Notes under the pieces: generated by a model
What the model saw: only the letters and a program-made list of their open reading frames with translations
Database searches by the model: none
What the model was told of the DNA's origin: nothing
Assembly (NCBI GenBank): GCA_033762915.1
Contig: JANRLD010000016.1
Location: 1 to 54,922, forward strand
Source of the DNA: Meiothermus sp.
Lineage (GTDB): Bacteria; Deinococcota; Deinococci; Deinococcales; Thermaceae
Direction of reading: 5' to 3'
Length of the DNA stretch: 54,922 nucleotides
Translations under genes and position numbers: made by a program
Shown: piece by piece, positions 44,669 through 54,530 of the stretch
Numbering within the stretch: the first letter of the stretch is position 1
How the letters are laid out: each line of letters opens with the position of its first letter

Positions 44669-47011
44669 CTATTGCACCCGAACCACCGCCCCCAGCGCGT
44701 TGTACCCCGTCGCCGCCTCCCAGACGTTCGTATTGGCCAGGCGGATCGAGTAGCGTGGGTCGGCGGCGAGGCTTGCGGCCCCGTCGGGCAGGTTCAGGAA
44801 CACATCGTACTCGCCCGCCCCGACCCCGCCGGGCAGGGGAAGGTCTACGTAAACCCGGGTGGTCTGACCGGCGGCCCAGCGGCGGGGGTCGGCGTTGAGG
44901 GGGATGATCGAGACTTGGCGGTTGCTGCGGTTACGCAGGACGATCTGGGCACCCCTGGGGTTGAAGGGCGGGGCAAAACCCTCGTTCACCACGTCGAAAG
45001 CCATGCGGAGGTTGCTACCCAAACTCACCGTCTCGGGGATCACGGCGGTGGTGAGGCGGAAACGGTATCCCAGGCGGCGGCTGATCTCGCCGTAGCAGCC
45101 CTGCGTGCGCCAGCGGGCGATGGTGGGGCGGTACTGGGTTCCGCTCAGGACGCTCCAGCGGAAGCGGGCCAACTCGCGCAGGGTGGTGGTGCAGTCGGAG
45201 CGCTGGTACTCCGAGCGGGGGTTGGTGTACTCGGTGTCGCGGCCCCAGCCGATCTCGCAGGTCTCGCCGATCACTGGGGCGTACTCGCCCAGGCGCTCGA
45301 GGTAGCGTTGGTCGGTGGCCAGCTCAGTGGCGTTCCAGCGGTAGGTCCCGGCGTCGTGGAAGTTGGCCAGGAAGCAGTCGTTGAACAGCCCCAGGCGCGA
45401 CTGGGCGCTGCCGCCGAACTCCTGCCCGGCCGGCAAGGGGCCGCTGTGGATCAGGGGAGAGATGTCGCGCACCCGCCGAATCTGAACGGTTCGGTTGGGG
45501 GGCATGGCGTCCAACATGGCCTGGGTGATGGTGCGGCGGTTGGCGTCGCTCTCGAGGCCGTTGGTCGAGCTGTGCCCCTCGCCCCAGTAGCCGATGAAGC
45601 CTTGCTGGAGCGTCACGATCACGTCGCTGTTCTCCTGGAAGACCGGGGCCAGCTGGCGCAGGTGCTCCAACACCACGCTGAGGGGCGCGTCGTCGTTGCC
45701 GGTCACGCCGGGGAAGGCGTAGTAGGGACGGATGATCACTTTGATGCCCGCCCGCCGCACGTCGCCGAGGCGGGCGCGCAGCCGGGTCAGGAAGTCTGCG
45801 GAGAGCGGCCCGGAGCGGAACTCCGACAGGCGCAGGTAGGTCAGCAGGACGCTGGCCGGATAGGGACTGTCGCCGGGCTGGTTGGGGTAGGTGGTGCCGG
45901 AGCGGATGCCGCTGTAGTCGTTTCCTTCCATCAGCTGGAAGCCGATGTGGATGCCGCGCTCGGGGTTGAGGAAGTCTTCGGAACTGGCGGCGTAGGTGTA
46001 GGTGCGGCCCTGCACGTCGAAGGGCGGGGTGGTTGGGGGCAGCGGGGCGCTCTGGGTGGTGGCGGTGCGCTCGAGGCCGCTGCTGAAGTTGGCGCCCACC
46101 ACCGTGCGGACCCGATAGGTGTAGGCGGTGGAGGGGCTGAGTCCGGTGTCGGTAAAGCTGGTAGAGGTGAGGCTGTCGCCCCCGATGGTGGCGTAGGCCC
46201 CGCCGCCGGTGCGGCGCTCGAGGGCGTAGCGGGTGGCCCCCCCGACCGCCGTCCAGGTGAGGTTCACGCTGCTGGAGGAAGTCGCGGTCGCGCTAAAGTC
46301 GGCGGGGTTGTTGACCGGCTGGGCCGGCGTGGTGACGGTGGCGGACTCCCTGGGGCTGCTGCTGCCCGAGCCGTTGACCGCCGAGACCCGGTAGGTGTAG
46401 CTGGTGGAGGGGCTGAGTCCGGTGTCGGTGAAGCTGGTAGAGGTGAGGCTGTCGCCCCCGACGGGGGTGAAGGCCCCACCGCCGGTACGGCGCTCGAGGG
46501 CGTAGCGGGTGGCCCCCCCGACCGCCGTCCAGGCCAGGTTGACGCTGGTGGCCGAGGCGACGGTCGCGGTGAGCTGACCGGGAGTAGCAGGAACCCCGGC
46601 GGGGTTGGAGGGGCTGCTGGTGGCAGGGGTGGTGACGCTGCGCTCGAGGCCACCGCTGCTGCCTTGGGCGTTGATGGATCGCAGCCGGTAGGTGTAGGCG
46701 GTGGAGGCGTTCAGGCCGTTGTCGGTGAAGCTGGTGGTGGTGACGCCGCTTCCGCCCACCGCTGCAAAGCTGCTGCTGCCGGTCTTGCGCTCGAGGATGT
46801 ACTTGTCGGCACCCGTCACCGCGCTCCAGCTCAGGTTTACACTGGTGGCCGAGGCCGCCATGGCCACGAAGCTCTCGGGGTCGGCAGGCCCCTGTTTGCT
46901 GGGGGGGTCGTTTCTGGGGTTGAGTGGGTTGACGTCGCCGCACCCAGCCAGCGCCAAGGCCAGGATTAGTCCGCCGATCAGGCTCAAATGAAACTTGGGA
47001 GGATTGCTCAT
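44669..47011 (-). CDS. Lipoprotein with three fibronectin type III repeats and DUF4874/DUF4832-like (putative glycoside hydrolase) domains
   Basis: LAGC lipobox, 3x V.L.W...Y...R...FTD.GL..ST.YTYR, NPERG, GFIG.WGE.H, NDCFLA, IGETC, RLGYRF. Confidence 0.85.
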   Translation of the reverse strand: MSNPPKFHLSLIGGLILALALAGCGDVNPLNPRNDPPSKQGPADPESFVAMAASATSVNLSWSAVTGADKYILERKTGSSSFAAVGGSGVTTTSFTDNGLNASTAYTYRLRSINAQGSSGGLERSVTTPATSSPSNPAGVPATPGQLTATVASATSVNLAWTAVGGATRYALERRTGGGAFTPVGGDSLTSTSFTDTGLSPSTSYTYRVSAVNGSGSSSPRESATVTTPAQPVNNPADFSATATSSSSVNLTWTAVGGATRYALERRTGGGAYATIGGDSLTSTSFTDTGLSPSTAYTYRVRTVVGANFSSGLERTATTQSAPLPPTTPPFDVQGRTYTYAASSEDFLNPERGIHIGFQLMEGNDYSGIRSGTTYPNQPGDSPYPASVLLTYLRLSEFRSGPLSADFLTRLRARLGDVRRAGIKVIIRPYYAFPGVTGNDDAPLSVVLEHLRQLAPVFQENSDVIVTLQQGFIGYWGEGHSSTNGLESDANRRTITQAMLDAMPPNRTVQIRRVRDISPLIHSGPLPAGQEFGGSAQSRLGLFNDCFLANFHDAGTYRWNATELATDQRYLERLGEYAPVIGETCEIGWGRDTEYTNPRSEYQRSDCTTTLRELARFRWSVLSGTQYRPTIARWRTQGCYGEISRRLGYRFRLTTAVIPETVSLGSNLRMAFDVVNEGFAPPFNPRGAQIVLRNRSNRQVSIIPLNADPRRWAAGQTTRVYVDLPLPGGVGAGEYDVFLNLPDGAASLAADPRYSIRLANTNVWEAATGYNALGAVVRVQ

Positions 47012-47313
47012 CAAGGTCAGCCTATGGCTACTGTTTAGGTCGCTTGATAACGCTTGGGTTAAGTTCGCTTTAAGCTGCAGCTAAGCGGATATTCAGCTCG
47101 AGATCAGGACTAACACTGGTTTGGAACCGGAAAATACACCTTGCAGGGGCATTCTAAGGGTAAAGTTGGGCCGATCCAACCCTGTAACGCCGCGCATAAC
47201 AGCCCCTCTGACCCCCCCGGCGGCCTCAAATAATCCGCCATAATGGCCAGCGTTACTCACGTTTATCTTGTGCAAAGCGCGTGCTGGGCGTATAAAGGCA
47301 GAAAGAGCGCGTC

Positions 47314-47985
47314 ATGAAACCATCCCTCCTGATCCCCCTGACCCTGGCAGTCCTGCTGACCGCCTGCGGGGCCGGCCCGGCCACCCCCGCCCTCCCGGGT
47401 TCCGAGCCCCAGGTCACCACGCCGGTCGCGCCGCCGGCCGCGCCCGCACCCTCGGTGGAAGACTCCGCCACCCTCACCCTAACCCCCAGCCGTGCCCTCA
47501 CCCTGGACTCCGGGGCCACCGGGCTGGCCGGTTATTTCTGCCGCTTCGCGGTCTGTGCCGGCGACGACCGGGACAACCATCAGGTGCGGGGCCTGCTCGA
47601 GTTCACTCTCCCGGACAGCCTGAACGGGGCCGAGATCCTCAGCGCCACCCTGATCCTTAAGCCCTCTAACCCCCAGGTCGCCCAGACCACCCTCAGCGCC
47701 CTGGGCAGCCTCAAGGTCGAGCACGTGGGGTCGCTGGAGTTCGACGCCCCCGCCCTCGGCACCGTGGGCCAGACCTCCAGCCCCGACGCCCAAAAACTGG
47801 ATGTTACCCAGGCCCTGGGCGCCGATCTGGGGCGCGGAGTCAGCCGGTACCGCCTGGGCTTCGACCGGGCCAGCAACCAGGACGACATGAGTAACCTCTA
47901 CCGCCTCGAGGTGGTCGAGCCCGGCTCCCCCCAGCCCAGCGAACAGGCCCCTACCCTGGTGATCCGCTTCCGGGCCAAGCCCTGA
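47314..47985 (+). CDS. Hypothetical lipoprotein with Pro-rich linker
   Basis: LTAC lipobox, RGLLEF...ILSATL.L beta-sandwich-like body. Confidence 0.75.
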   Translation: MKPSLLIPLTLAVLLTACGAGPATPALPGSEPQVTTPVAPPAAPAPSVEDSATLTLTPSRALTLDSGATGLAGYFCRFAVCAGDDRDNHQVRGLLEFTLPDSLNGAEILSATLILKPSNPQVAQTTLSALGSLKVEHVGSLEFDAPALGTVGQTSSPDAQKLDVTQALGADLGRGVSRYRLGFDRASNQDDMSNLYRLEVVEPGSPQPSEQAPTLVIRFRAKP

Positions 47986-48059
47986 TAAGCAACCTCGAGG
48001 TTGGTGCGGACAGGGTCAGCTCGCAGCCCCGCCACAGTCAGCAAAGACCTTAAACATCT

Positions 48060-48089
48060 AACCCCCGGCAGCAGGTTTGCCGGGGGTTT
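48060..48089 (+). terminator. Intrinsic terminator
   Basis: AACCCCCGGCA/TGCCGGGGGTT(T). Confidence 0.65.
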
Positions 48090-48342
48090 GCCCTTGCTTC
48101 GCGGGCGCCGGGAGTCGGCCTCTGCGGTGTGGGGCCCTCGAGCGGGGTTATGGGCCTGGGTGCCTTGTGCGGTCCGGAACGCGCTCCACGGTGGAAGTCC
48201 GACGCTCGACGCTGGGTGGGCTTGGTTCTTTAGGCCTCACTGCAGTTCGTGCCGCCCCATACATCTGGGCCTGTGTGCGGGTATTGGCGGAACCGCAATC
48301 GCTAAGACGCAGCGCGGCGGTCTCGCGGCCCGCGAGCCAAGC

Positions 48343-48807
48343 TCACCTGGCCTTCAGGGTGCCGGCGATGCGAGGGAACAGCGACTCGAACCGGGGGGCC
48401 AGTGCGGCGGGAACCATCATGTGCATCTTGCAATTGCCGCCGCTGTAGCCGATGAGGGCGTAGAAGCCCACGTACCTGCCCAAGCTAGGGCTGTCGGCCT
48501 CATATCGGTACAGCACCGAGTCGGAGGTCTCTCTGATGAGGCTGTAGCGGTTGCGCTCGAAGGTGTCGGAGACCTGCTTGCGCGCAGTGGTGAGGTTGTT
48601 CATGCTCGAGAGCAGCATGATCTTCACCTGCTGGCTGCTGTCGCGGATGAACAGCTCGCCCTGCTTGCGGTTCCAGTCAGCCGGAACCGAGAGCGAGCAG
48701 CGGCTGTTGCTCTGGTCGGTGAAGGTTTTCCAGTCGGCCTGCGCCAGCGCTGCAGTTCCCACCAGCATTGCCCCGATAACCAAAGCCTGATTCCAAAGTG
48801 TCTTCAT
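48343..48807 (-). CDS. Hypothetical secreted protein (154 aa)
   Basis: GGGAGG RBS, signal peptide ending ALA-QA, two Cys. Confidence 0.75.
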   Translation of the reverse strand: MKTLWNQALVIGAMLVGTAALAQADWKTFTDQSNSRCSLSVPADWNRKQGELFIRDSSQQVKIMLLSSMNNLTTARKQVSDTFERNRYSLIRETSDSVLYRYEADSPSLGRYVGFYALIGYSGGNCKMHMMVPAALAPRFESLFPRIAGTLKAR

Positions 48808-48940
48808 ACCAACCTCCCGGCAGCACCGACCTAAGCCCGGAAGCCGTGCTCGGGCAAAGACGGACCCACCCACACCCAGTGTCTAGCCTGGGCCCAGATT
48901 GTCCCTGCTGCTCGTACGTTTATTCCGCCCTTTTTGGGTT

Positions 48941-48984
48941 GCAACCTTGGCGCAACCTTGGCGCAACCTTGGCACAACCTCGAG
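48941..48984. repeat. 11-bp tandem repeat GCAACCTTGGC, three perfect copies plus one degenerate
   Basis: CAACCT at 48942, 48953, 48964 and 48975. Confidence 0.85.
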
Positions 48985-49404
48985 CGGTCTACACTAGTAA
49001 AGGTAAGGCAGGGTCTCATCTTGGGGACGCTGTTCTAACCGTTACATGGTTGGTCATCGTTACAGGTTTTTACGAAACAGTTGCAAAAAACCCGTAAATC
49101 GAGGGCGCCGCTTCACGCCGGGGCCTGGTGGATCGGCAGCCGGCAGGCTGTGGGGCCAACTGTAGGGCTGCCCAAGCTGCCTCCAGGACGACATTTTGGT
49201 GGTTTGGCAGTCACCGCAACTGGCAGCGAGAAAGCTCACCCGCCCGTCGGCGGGAGGCTGTGGCGCGACCGGGGCGGGCCAGCTACACCTTCAGACCCGG
49301 GCCAACCGCGCACGGAGTGCCTGCATAGTTGAAACGCGAAATGCCGCCGGCCAGCGCTGCGGAGTATTTCGTCAGGCACGTATCTGCCTCCGTTGATTCC
49401 GCTT

Positions 49405-50034
49405 CTACCCTGGCTGGTCCCGCTCGAGGTGCTCGAGCACGGCGGCCACCACGCCGTCGAGGTCGAGGCCCGAGGTGTCCAGAATGACCGCGTCCTTGGC
49501 AGGGGCGCTCTGGGCCTTGTCGGCCTCGTCGCGGCGCGTGAGGTCGGCCAGCACCGCGTCAAAGGCCGCGCCCCGCTCGGGCACCCGGCGCCGGGCGCGG
49601 ATGTGAGGGCTGGCGGTCAGGTAGAACTTGTGCCGGGCCTGGGGGAAGACGGTGCTCCCCATGTCCCGACCGTCGATCACGAACGGCGGACTGACCCGGC
49701 GCAAAACCCCGTTCACGAAGGCCCGAATCCGCGGCCGCACCGCCACCGCCGAGACCACCGCGTCCACCTCGAGGCTATGCAGCGCCGCGCTGACCTCCCG
49801 ACCGTCCAGCCAGACCTGGTTCTCCGTCGGGGTAGCGATCAGCTCGAGCCGGTAGCGTTCCAGCCGGCCCTCGACCTCCTCGGCGCCAGCGTTCTCGAGC
49901 AGGCAGATGAGCGCCACTGCCCGGTAGAGCAGGCCGCTCGAGACGTACGCCACCCCCAGCCGCTGGGCCACCAGCTTGGCCACGCTGGTCTTCCCCGAGG
50001 CGGAGGGGCCGTCTATGGTGATGATGTCGGTCAT
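49405..50034 (-). CDS. cmk: Cytidylate kinase
   Basis: TIDGPSASGKT, SSGLLYRA, DGRDMG..VFP. Confidence 0.95.
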   Translation of the reverse strand: MTDIITIDGPSASGKTSVAKLVAQRLGVAYVSSGLLYRAVALICLLENAGAEEVEGRLERYRLELIATPTENQVWLDGREVSAALHSLEVDAVVSAVAVRPRIRAFVNGVLRRVSPPFVIDGRDMGSTVFPQARHKFYLTASPHIRARRRVPERGAAFDAVLADLTRRDEADKAQSAPAKDAVILDTSGLDLDGVVAAVLEHLERDQPG

Positions 50035-50180
50035 GAAGGTTTGGGGGTTATGCGGTAACGGCGGGCGAGAGGGAGATGGGGAACGGGGGAAACGACGGGA
50101 AATGGGGCGTGTAAGGGAGACGACGTGGCGGTCTGGGGCGCTGCCTAGTCCCCTGTCTCCGGCCCTTCCGGTTTCCGGGC

Positions 50181-51503
50181 TCAGCCCCTTGCCGTTAGCC
50201 GCTCAAGGTCTTCCCAGAAGCTGGGGAAGCTGATGCTCGCCCACTCGGCGTCGCTCACGGTGACGCCTTTTTGCAGGCCGCATACCGCGAAGGCCATGGC
50301 GATGCGGTGGTCGTGGAAGGGCTCGACCAAGCCGCCGCCCTGGACGTTGCCGCCCCGGATGCGCAGCCAGTCGGGGCCGACTTCGACCGGCACGCCCAGG
50401 TTGTGCAGGTTCTTGGCAACGGCGGCCACCCGGTCGGACTCCTTGACCCGCAGCTCCTCGAGGTTCGGGATATAGGTTTCGCCCTCGGCCCAGGCCGCCG
50501 CCGCCGCCAGGACGGGTACCTCATCGACCATCAGCGGGATCAGGCCGGGGTCTACCGAGACGCCCCGGAGGTCGGAGGTGCGGGCACGAATCCAGCCCAC
50601 CGGCTCGCCGTCGTGGCCCTCGGTGACTTCCCAGCTCAGATCGGCCCCCATCTCCTTCAGCACGGTCAGCAGACCGGTGCGGGTGGGGTTGAGGCCCACG
50701 CCCTCGAGGGTCACGTCCGACTCCGGGGTGATCAGGGCGGCCACGATGAAGAAGGCCGCACTGCTGATGTCGCCGGGCACGGTCAGGTCTCGTGCCGCGA
50801 AGGGGTCGGCACGGCGGGTGCGGATCAGTCGGCCCTCGACCCGGGAACGGCCGGACGTGCCCGGCAGCCCAAGCTGCTCGACCTCCACCGGCAGGCCGTA
50901 GTGCCGCAGTACCCGCTCGGTGTGGTCGCGGGTGGGGGCGGGCTCCATCACCTCGGTGTCCTCGTCGGCGAAGAGGCCCGCCAGCAGCACCGAGCTCTTG
51001 ACCTGTGCGCTGGCCACCGGCATCTCGTAGTGAATGCCGGTCAGGCCGCCGCCGCGGATGGCCAGGGGGGCCAGCTTGCCGCCCTCGCGCCCTTCGATGC
51101 GCGCGCCCATTTGGCGCAGCGGGGTGGTGACGCGGCCCATTGGGCGGCGCTTGAGCGAGGCGTCGCCGGTCAGCACCGTGAAGAGGTTCTGGCCCGAGAG
51201 CAGCCCGGCCACCAGCCGGATCAGGGTTCCGGCGTTGCCGCAGTCGAGGATGTCGCCGGGCTCTTGCAGCCTAAGCCCCGCCCCTTTGATGTGGAAATGC
51301 TCGCCCTGTTCGCTGATCTGACCCCCGAGCTGGCGCATCACGGCGGCAGTGGACAGGGTGTCGCCCGCCTTGAGCGGATAGCGGAGGGTGCTCTCGCCCT
51401 GGGCCAGGGTTCCGAAGATCAGGCCCCGGTGGGTCACCGATTTGTCGCCGGGCACGCGCATACGGCCTCTGAGGGAGCGGGTGGGGGGGATGATGCGTTC
51501 CAT
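50181..51503 (-). CDS. aroA: 3-phosphoshikimate 1-carboxyvinyltransferase (class II EPSPS)
   Basis: PGDKSVTHR, DCGNAGT, SAQVKS, RDHTE, NPTR, ELRVKESDR, DHRIAM. Confidence 0.96.
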   Translation of the reverse strand: MERIIPPTRSLRGRMRVPGDKSVTHRGLIFGTLAQGESTLRYPLKAGDTLSTAAVMRQLGGQISEQGEHFHIKGAGLRLQEPGDILDCGNAGTLIRLVAGLLSGQNLFTVLTGDASLKRRPMGRVTTPLRQMGARIEGREGGKLAPLAIRGGGLTGIHYEMPVASAQVKSSVLLAGLFADEDTEVMEPAPTRDHTERVLRHYGLPVEVEQLGLPGTSGRSRVEGRLIRTRRADPFAARDLTVPGDISSAAFFIVAALITPESDVTLEGVGLNPTRTGLLTVLKEMGADLSWEVTEGHDGEPVGWIRARTSDLRGVSVDPGLIPLMVDEVPVLAAAAAWAEGETYIPNLEELRVKESDRVAAVAKNLHNLGVPVEVGPDWLRIRGGNVQGGGLVEPFHDHRIAMAFAVCGLQKGVTVSDAEWASISFPSFWEDLERLTARG

Positions 51504-51668
51504 GATAGCCTTCGGGATTATATAGGGCGGATGGGGGAAGGGGAGAAGAGGGAAGGTTAGGAGCGACCCCCCGGAGTTGTGGGGTGGGAGGCCGCTCTTG
51601 ACTTTTCGCCCCCACATCGTGACCCGACCCGTCCGTCGCCCCGGTCCCGTCGACTACAATGGCAACCT

Positions 51669-52163
51669 GTGGAAGAGCTCAAGCCCTTCTCCAACCCCGG
51701 CGTGCGGCTGGCCGCCTCGCTGCTGATGGCCCCGTTTTTCCTGCAGTTGCTGGGCTTCGGCTCGAGCCTCCTGGGGGCTGGGCTGTGCGGCGACCTGTTT
51801 GGTCGCAACAACCCTCTGGGCTTCCAGAGCCCGCTGTTCTGGTACGCGATGACCTTCATGGTGCTGCTGGGCTTTCAACTGGCCTACGGGGCGCTGCTGC
51901 TGCTGGCCGGGCTGATCGAGATGCCCCCCAGCAACGCCCGGGGGCTGTTCGGCTTCGGCTTCGGGTTGGCGGCCGTCACCCTGGTACTGTTCGTACTCAC
52001 CCGTACCACCGGCCTCCCGACCCCCGCCGCGCAGGGCTGGGTTTTCGAGCAGGCCAACCTCGACGCGCTCTCGGTGCTGCTGGTCGGGCTGACCGTGGGC
52101 GGCGGGCTGCTGCTGTGGGGGATGCGGTCCCGTCTGCCCCGCTTTGCGCCGGAAGGGCAGTGA
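51669..52163 (+). CDS. Hypothetical membrane protein
   Basis: About four TM segments; GTG start following TACAAT. Confidence 0.75.
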   Translation: MEELKPFSNPGVRLAASLLMAPFFLQLLGFGSSLLGAGLCGDLFGRNNPLGFQSPLFWYAMTFMVLLGFQLAYGALLLLAGLIEMPPSNARGLFGFGFGLAAVTLVLFVLTRTTGLPTPAAQGWVFEQANLDALSVLLVGLTVGGGLLLWGMRSRLPRFAPEGQ

Positions 52164-52167
52164 CCCG

Positions 52168-52389
52168 ATGGACGACCTCGGCTTCTCTTACCAGCGGCAC
52201 AAGAACGGCAAGGTTTTTTTGCTTTACCATGGCAGGGTGGTGCGCACGCTGGACGGGATTAAGGCGGCACAGTTTGTGGCCCAGCTCGAGGAGGCTGGCG
52301 AGACCGAAGCCCAACTCCACATGGCCAAGCTGACCGGTAACTTCAAGCGGGGCAATGAGCGGCAGAGTGCCAAAAGGGGCGGGCGGTGA
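52168..52389 (+). CDS. Small hypothetical protein (AK.TGNFKRGNER motif)
   Basis: 73 aa, tightly packed between co-oriented neighbours. Confidence 0.75.
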   Translation: MDDLGFSYQRHKNGKVFLLYHGRVVRTLDGIKAAQFVAQLEEAGETEAQLHMAKLTGNFKRGNERQSAKRGGR

Positions 52390-52595
52390 GGGTGCTGTTC
52401 ATCGAGGGCAAACAAGCCGAGCCCCTCCAGGACCTGGCTCGTTCCATCCCCAACCCCTACCGCCTGATGTGCCGACCCGAGCAGGGGCTGTACTTGCTCG
52501 AAGTCTGGGCCCATGCGCCTGAACTCGAGGCGCGGGTCGGGGGTATGGAGGGCTTCAAGTGCTGGGCCTTCGATGTACTCCAGACCAACACCTGA
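52386..52595 (+). CDS. Small hypothetical protein (69 aa)
   Basis: GTGA overlap, host-like codon usage. Confidence 0.7.
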   Translation: MRVLFIEGKQAEPLQDLARSIPNPYRLMCRPEQGLYLLEVWAHAPELEARVGGMEGFKCWAFDVLQTNT

Positions 52596-52686
52596 CCAAC
52601 GCTTCCGCACACCCTCCGCCCCGGCTTAGGGCAGATCGCATTTTTGGCTGTTTCGATTCCGTTCTCGCTCAACCTGGCGCAACTTA

Positions 52687-52790
52687 CAGCGGTTCACACC
52701 ATTACGCCTCACGCGGTGATGCGCTGAAGCGGGCGTAATGTACCTCGCACATCCGAGTCTCTGCGTGAGTGCTATTCGTAGGAACCGCTG
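52687..52790 (+). mobile_element. Structured MITE-like repeat, copy C (most complete, 104 bp)
   Basis: Terminal inverted repeat CAGCGGTTC/GAACCGCTG flanked by a TTA direct repeat (52684-52686 and 52791-52793); internal ATTACGCC/GGCGTAAT stem. Confidence 0.75.
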
Positions 52791-52862
52791 TTAGGGGTAG
52801 GCCCAGCCTTCGTCTATGGTCCCCGCTTCCCGCCACATGCTCTGCGCCTTAAGCTATCCCCT

Positions 52863-53732
52863 ATGCGTGAAGAAATCGACCTCATCAACCTGGGCGACGT
52901 GGAGGTGTACCTCGAGGACGTCGGCCCCGAGGAGGCCCCGGTCATGGTGGTGCTGCACGGGGGGCCGGGAGGGAGCAGCTACGCACTAAGGGAGGGGCTG
53001 GGAGAGTACTTGGAGGACTTCCGGGTGCTCTACCTCGACCAGCGCGGCGGGGGGCGCAGCCCGGAACTCGAGCTGGACAATCGGCTCTTCACGGTGGACG
53101 CGCTGGTGACGGACCTGGAGCAACTGCGGCACACCCTGGGACTGGATTCGTGGACGCTGCTGGGGCATGGCTTTGGGGCGGTCTTGGCGCTGGAGTACGC
53201 CCGCCGCAGCCCCCAGAGTGCCGACGGACTGATCTTGATTAACCCCTGGACCAACTTCCCCTGGCTGGCCGGTCAGCTCTACAAGGCCGCGCTGGTTCTG
53301 CGCGGCATGAGGGCCGAGGCGGTCGAGGTGGAACTGCCCGATAATCCAGAGGGTCTGCTGGCTGAAGTCTTCGCCCAAACCGAGCCCAAGGCCGCCTTCG
53401 ACGCGCTGATGTTCCCCAACCCGCACAGCCGCATGGAGTTCGAGTGGATGGTGGAGGGCTCGCAGATCGTGGGGGCCGACGGGCCGGGGCAGGTTTTTGT
53501 GGAGAATGGACTGTGGCGGCTGGACTACACCCCCTTCCTGCCCCAGCTCCGCGTCCCGGCGGCGGTGATCGTCGGAGAGCTGGACGGTACCAGCTACCCC
53601 GAGGCCCAGTCGGTGGCCGACGCCCTCGAGGGCGACCTCGAGCTGATTCCCGGTGCGGGCCACTACCCCTGGATCGACGAGCCGTACGCGTTCGCCGAGG
53701 CCCTTGAGCGCAGCCTGGGCGAAATGGCGTAG
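52863..53732 (+). CDS. Alpha/beta hydrolase, proline-iminopeptidase-related, with an atypical nucleophile elbow
   Basis: LHGGPG, DQRGGGRS, GHGFG in place of GHS.G, AGHYPW. Confidence 0.88.
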   Translation: MREEIDLINLGDVEVYLEDVGPEEAPVMVVLHGGPGGSSYALREGLGEYLEDFRVLYLDQRGGGRSPELELDNRLFTVDALVTDLEQLRHTLGLDSWTLLGHGFGAVLALEYARRSPQSADGLILINPWTNFPWLAGQLYKAALVLRGMRAEAVEVELPDNPEGLLAEVFAQTEPKAAFDALMFPNPHSRMEFEWMVEGSQIVGADGPGQVFVENGLWRLDYTPFLPQLRVPAAVIVGELDGTSYPEAQSVADALEGDLELIPGAGHYPWIDEPYAFAEALERSLGEMA

Positions 53733-53742
53733 ATTATTCGGC

Positions 53743-53779
53743 CCCGACCCCGCTGGGTACATCGGGGTCGGGTATTTTT
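53743..53779 (+). terminator. Intrinsic terminator
   Basis: CCCGACCCCG/CGGGGTCGGG followed by TATTTTT. Confidence 0.75.
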
Positions 53780-53912
53780 GCCGGCAGGTATATCTTGGCG
53801 GGAAAAAAAACAGAATAAAGTTCGGATTGTGGGCTGCCTGACGGTAATTTCTAAAGGTTCAATATTAGTCCCCCATACACCCGTATTCGCGGTTTGGCCT
53901 CAGTCTTAACCT

Positions 53913-54530
53913 ATGATAGACCTGAAGGGCTTTAAGGAGTGGGCTGATCTTGGAGAGCAGCCCTTCCTGCGCCTGCTGCGCGAAGGCGAAGTCGGCCAGC
54001 GGGTCTTTCTGCGCTGGCTGAGGCAGGAGCAGTATTTGTACGAGGGCATTCTCGGACTTCAGACCTCGCTGCTGCGCCGCGCCCCCCAAATGCACCGCTT
54101 GGTAAAGGCCAATGCGCTAATTGTGACGGTCGAAGAACTCGACTGGCTGCACAACCTCGAGCTGCCCCAGGAGCCGATTCACCCGGTACGCCAAACCTAC
54201 CTCGACTACTTGCGCTACCTCGAGGGCCGCCCCTACGCCGAGGGCACCATCGCCCACTGGGTGCGCCACCGGGCCTTTTTCGAGGCCTGGCGCACCACCC
54301 AGACCACCGACCCCGACGGGTGGGGCGACGGCCTGGAGGGCCTCCCCACCGAGCTGAGCCAGCACTGGCTGGCCCCCGAGGCCCAGGCCCTGGTGCACGA
54401 CTTCGGCAGTCTGGCCCTGGAGGTCTCCGAGAACCTGGGGCCCGATGAGGTAGACCGCCTGGTGGCCCAGGTCCTAGAGCTCGAGCACGCTTCCTGGGAA
54501 ATGGCCCTCGAGTTCGCCCTCATCGAGTAG
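53913..54530 (+). CDS. TenA/heme-oxygenase-fold-like protein
   Basis: PFL..L..G......F.RWL.QE..Y, EELDW, LE...WEMA. Confidence 0.7.
   Translation: MIDLKGFKEWADLGEQPFLRLLREGEVGQRVFLRWLRQEQYLYEGILGLQTSLLRRAPQMHRLVKANALIVTVEELDWLHNLELPQEPIHPVRQTYLDYLRYLEGRPYAEGTIAHWVRHRAFFEAWRTTQTTDPDGWGDGLEGLPTELSQHWLAPEAQALVHDFGSLALEVSENLGPDEVDRLVAQVLELEHASWEMALEFALIE

Noticed and set aside
46127..46533. Diversity-generating retroelement TR/VR pair
   Set aside because: Mismatches are not adenine-specific on either strand, both copies are in-frame Fn3 domains, and no reverse transcriptase is present
44672..46969. Long antisense and alternative-frame ORFs (also 5253-7625, 3444-4946, 36617-38098, 29022-30212)
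   Set aside because: Shadow ORFs expected from high-GC codon bias opposite or within clearly identified genes
49081..49396. Small ORFs between the secreted-protein gene and cmk
   Set aside because: No RBS or leaderless -10, atypical composition, no recognisable motif
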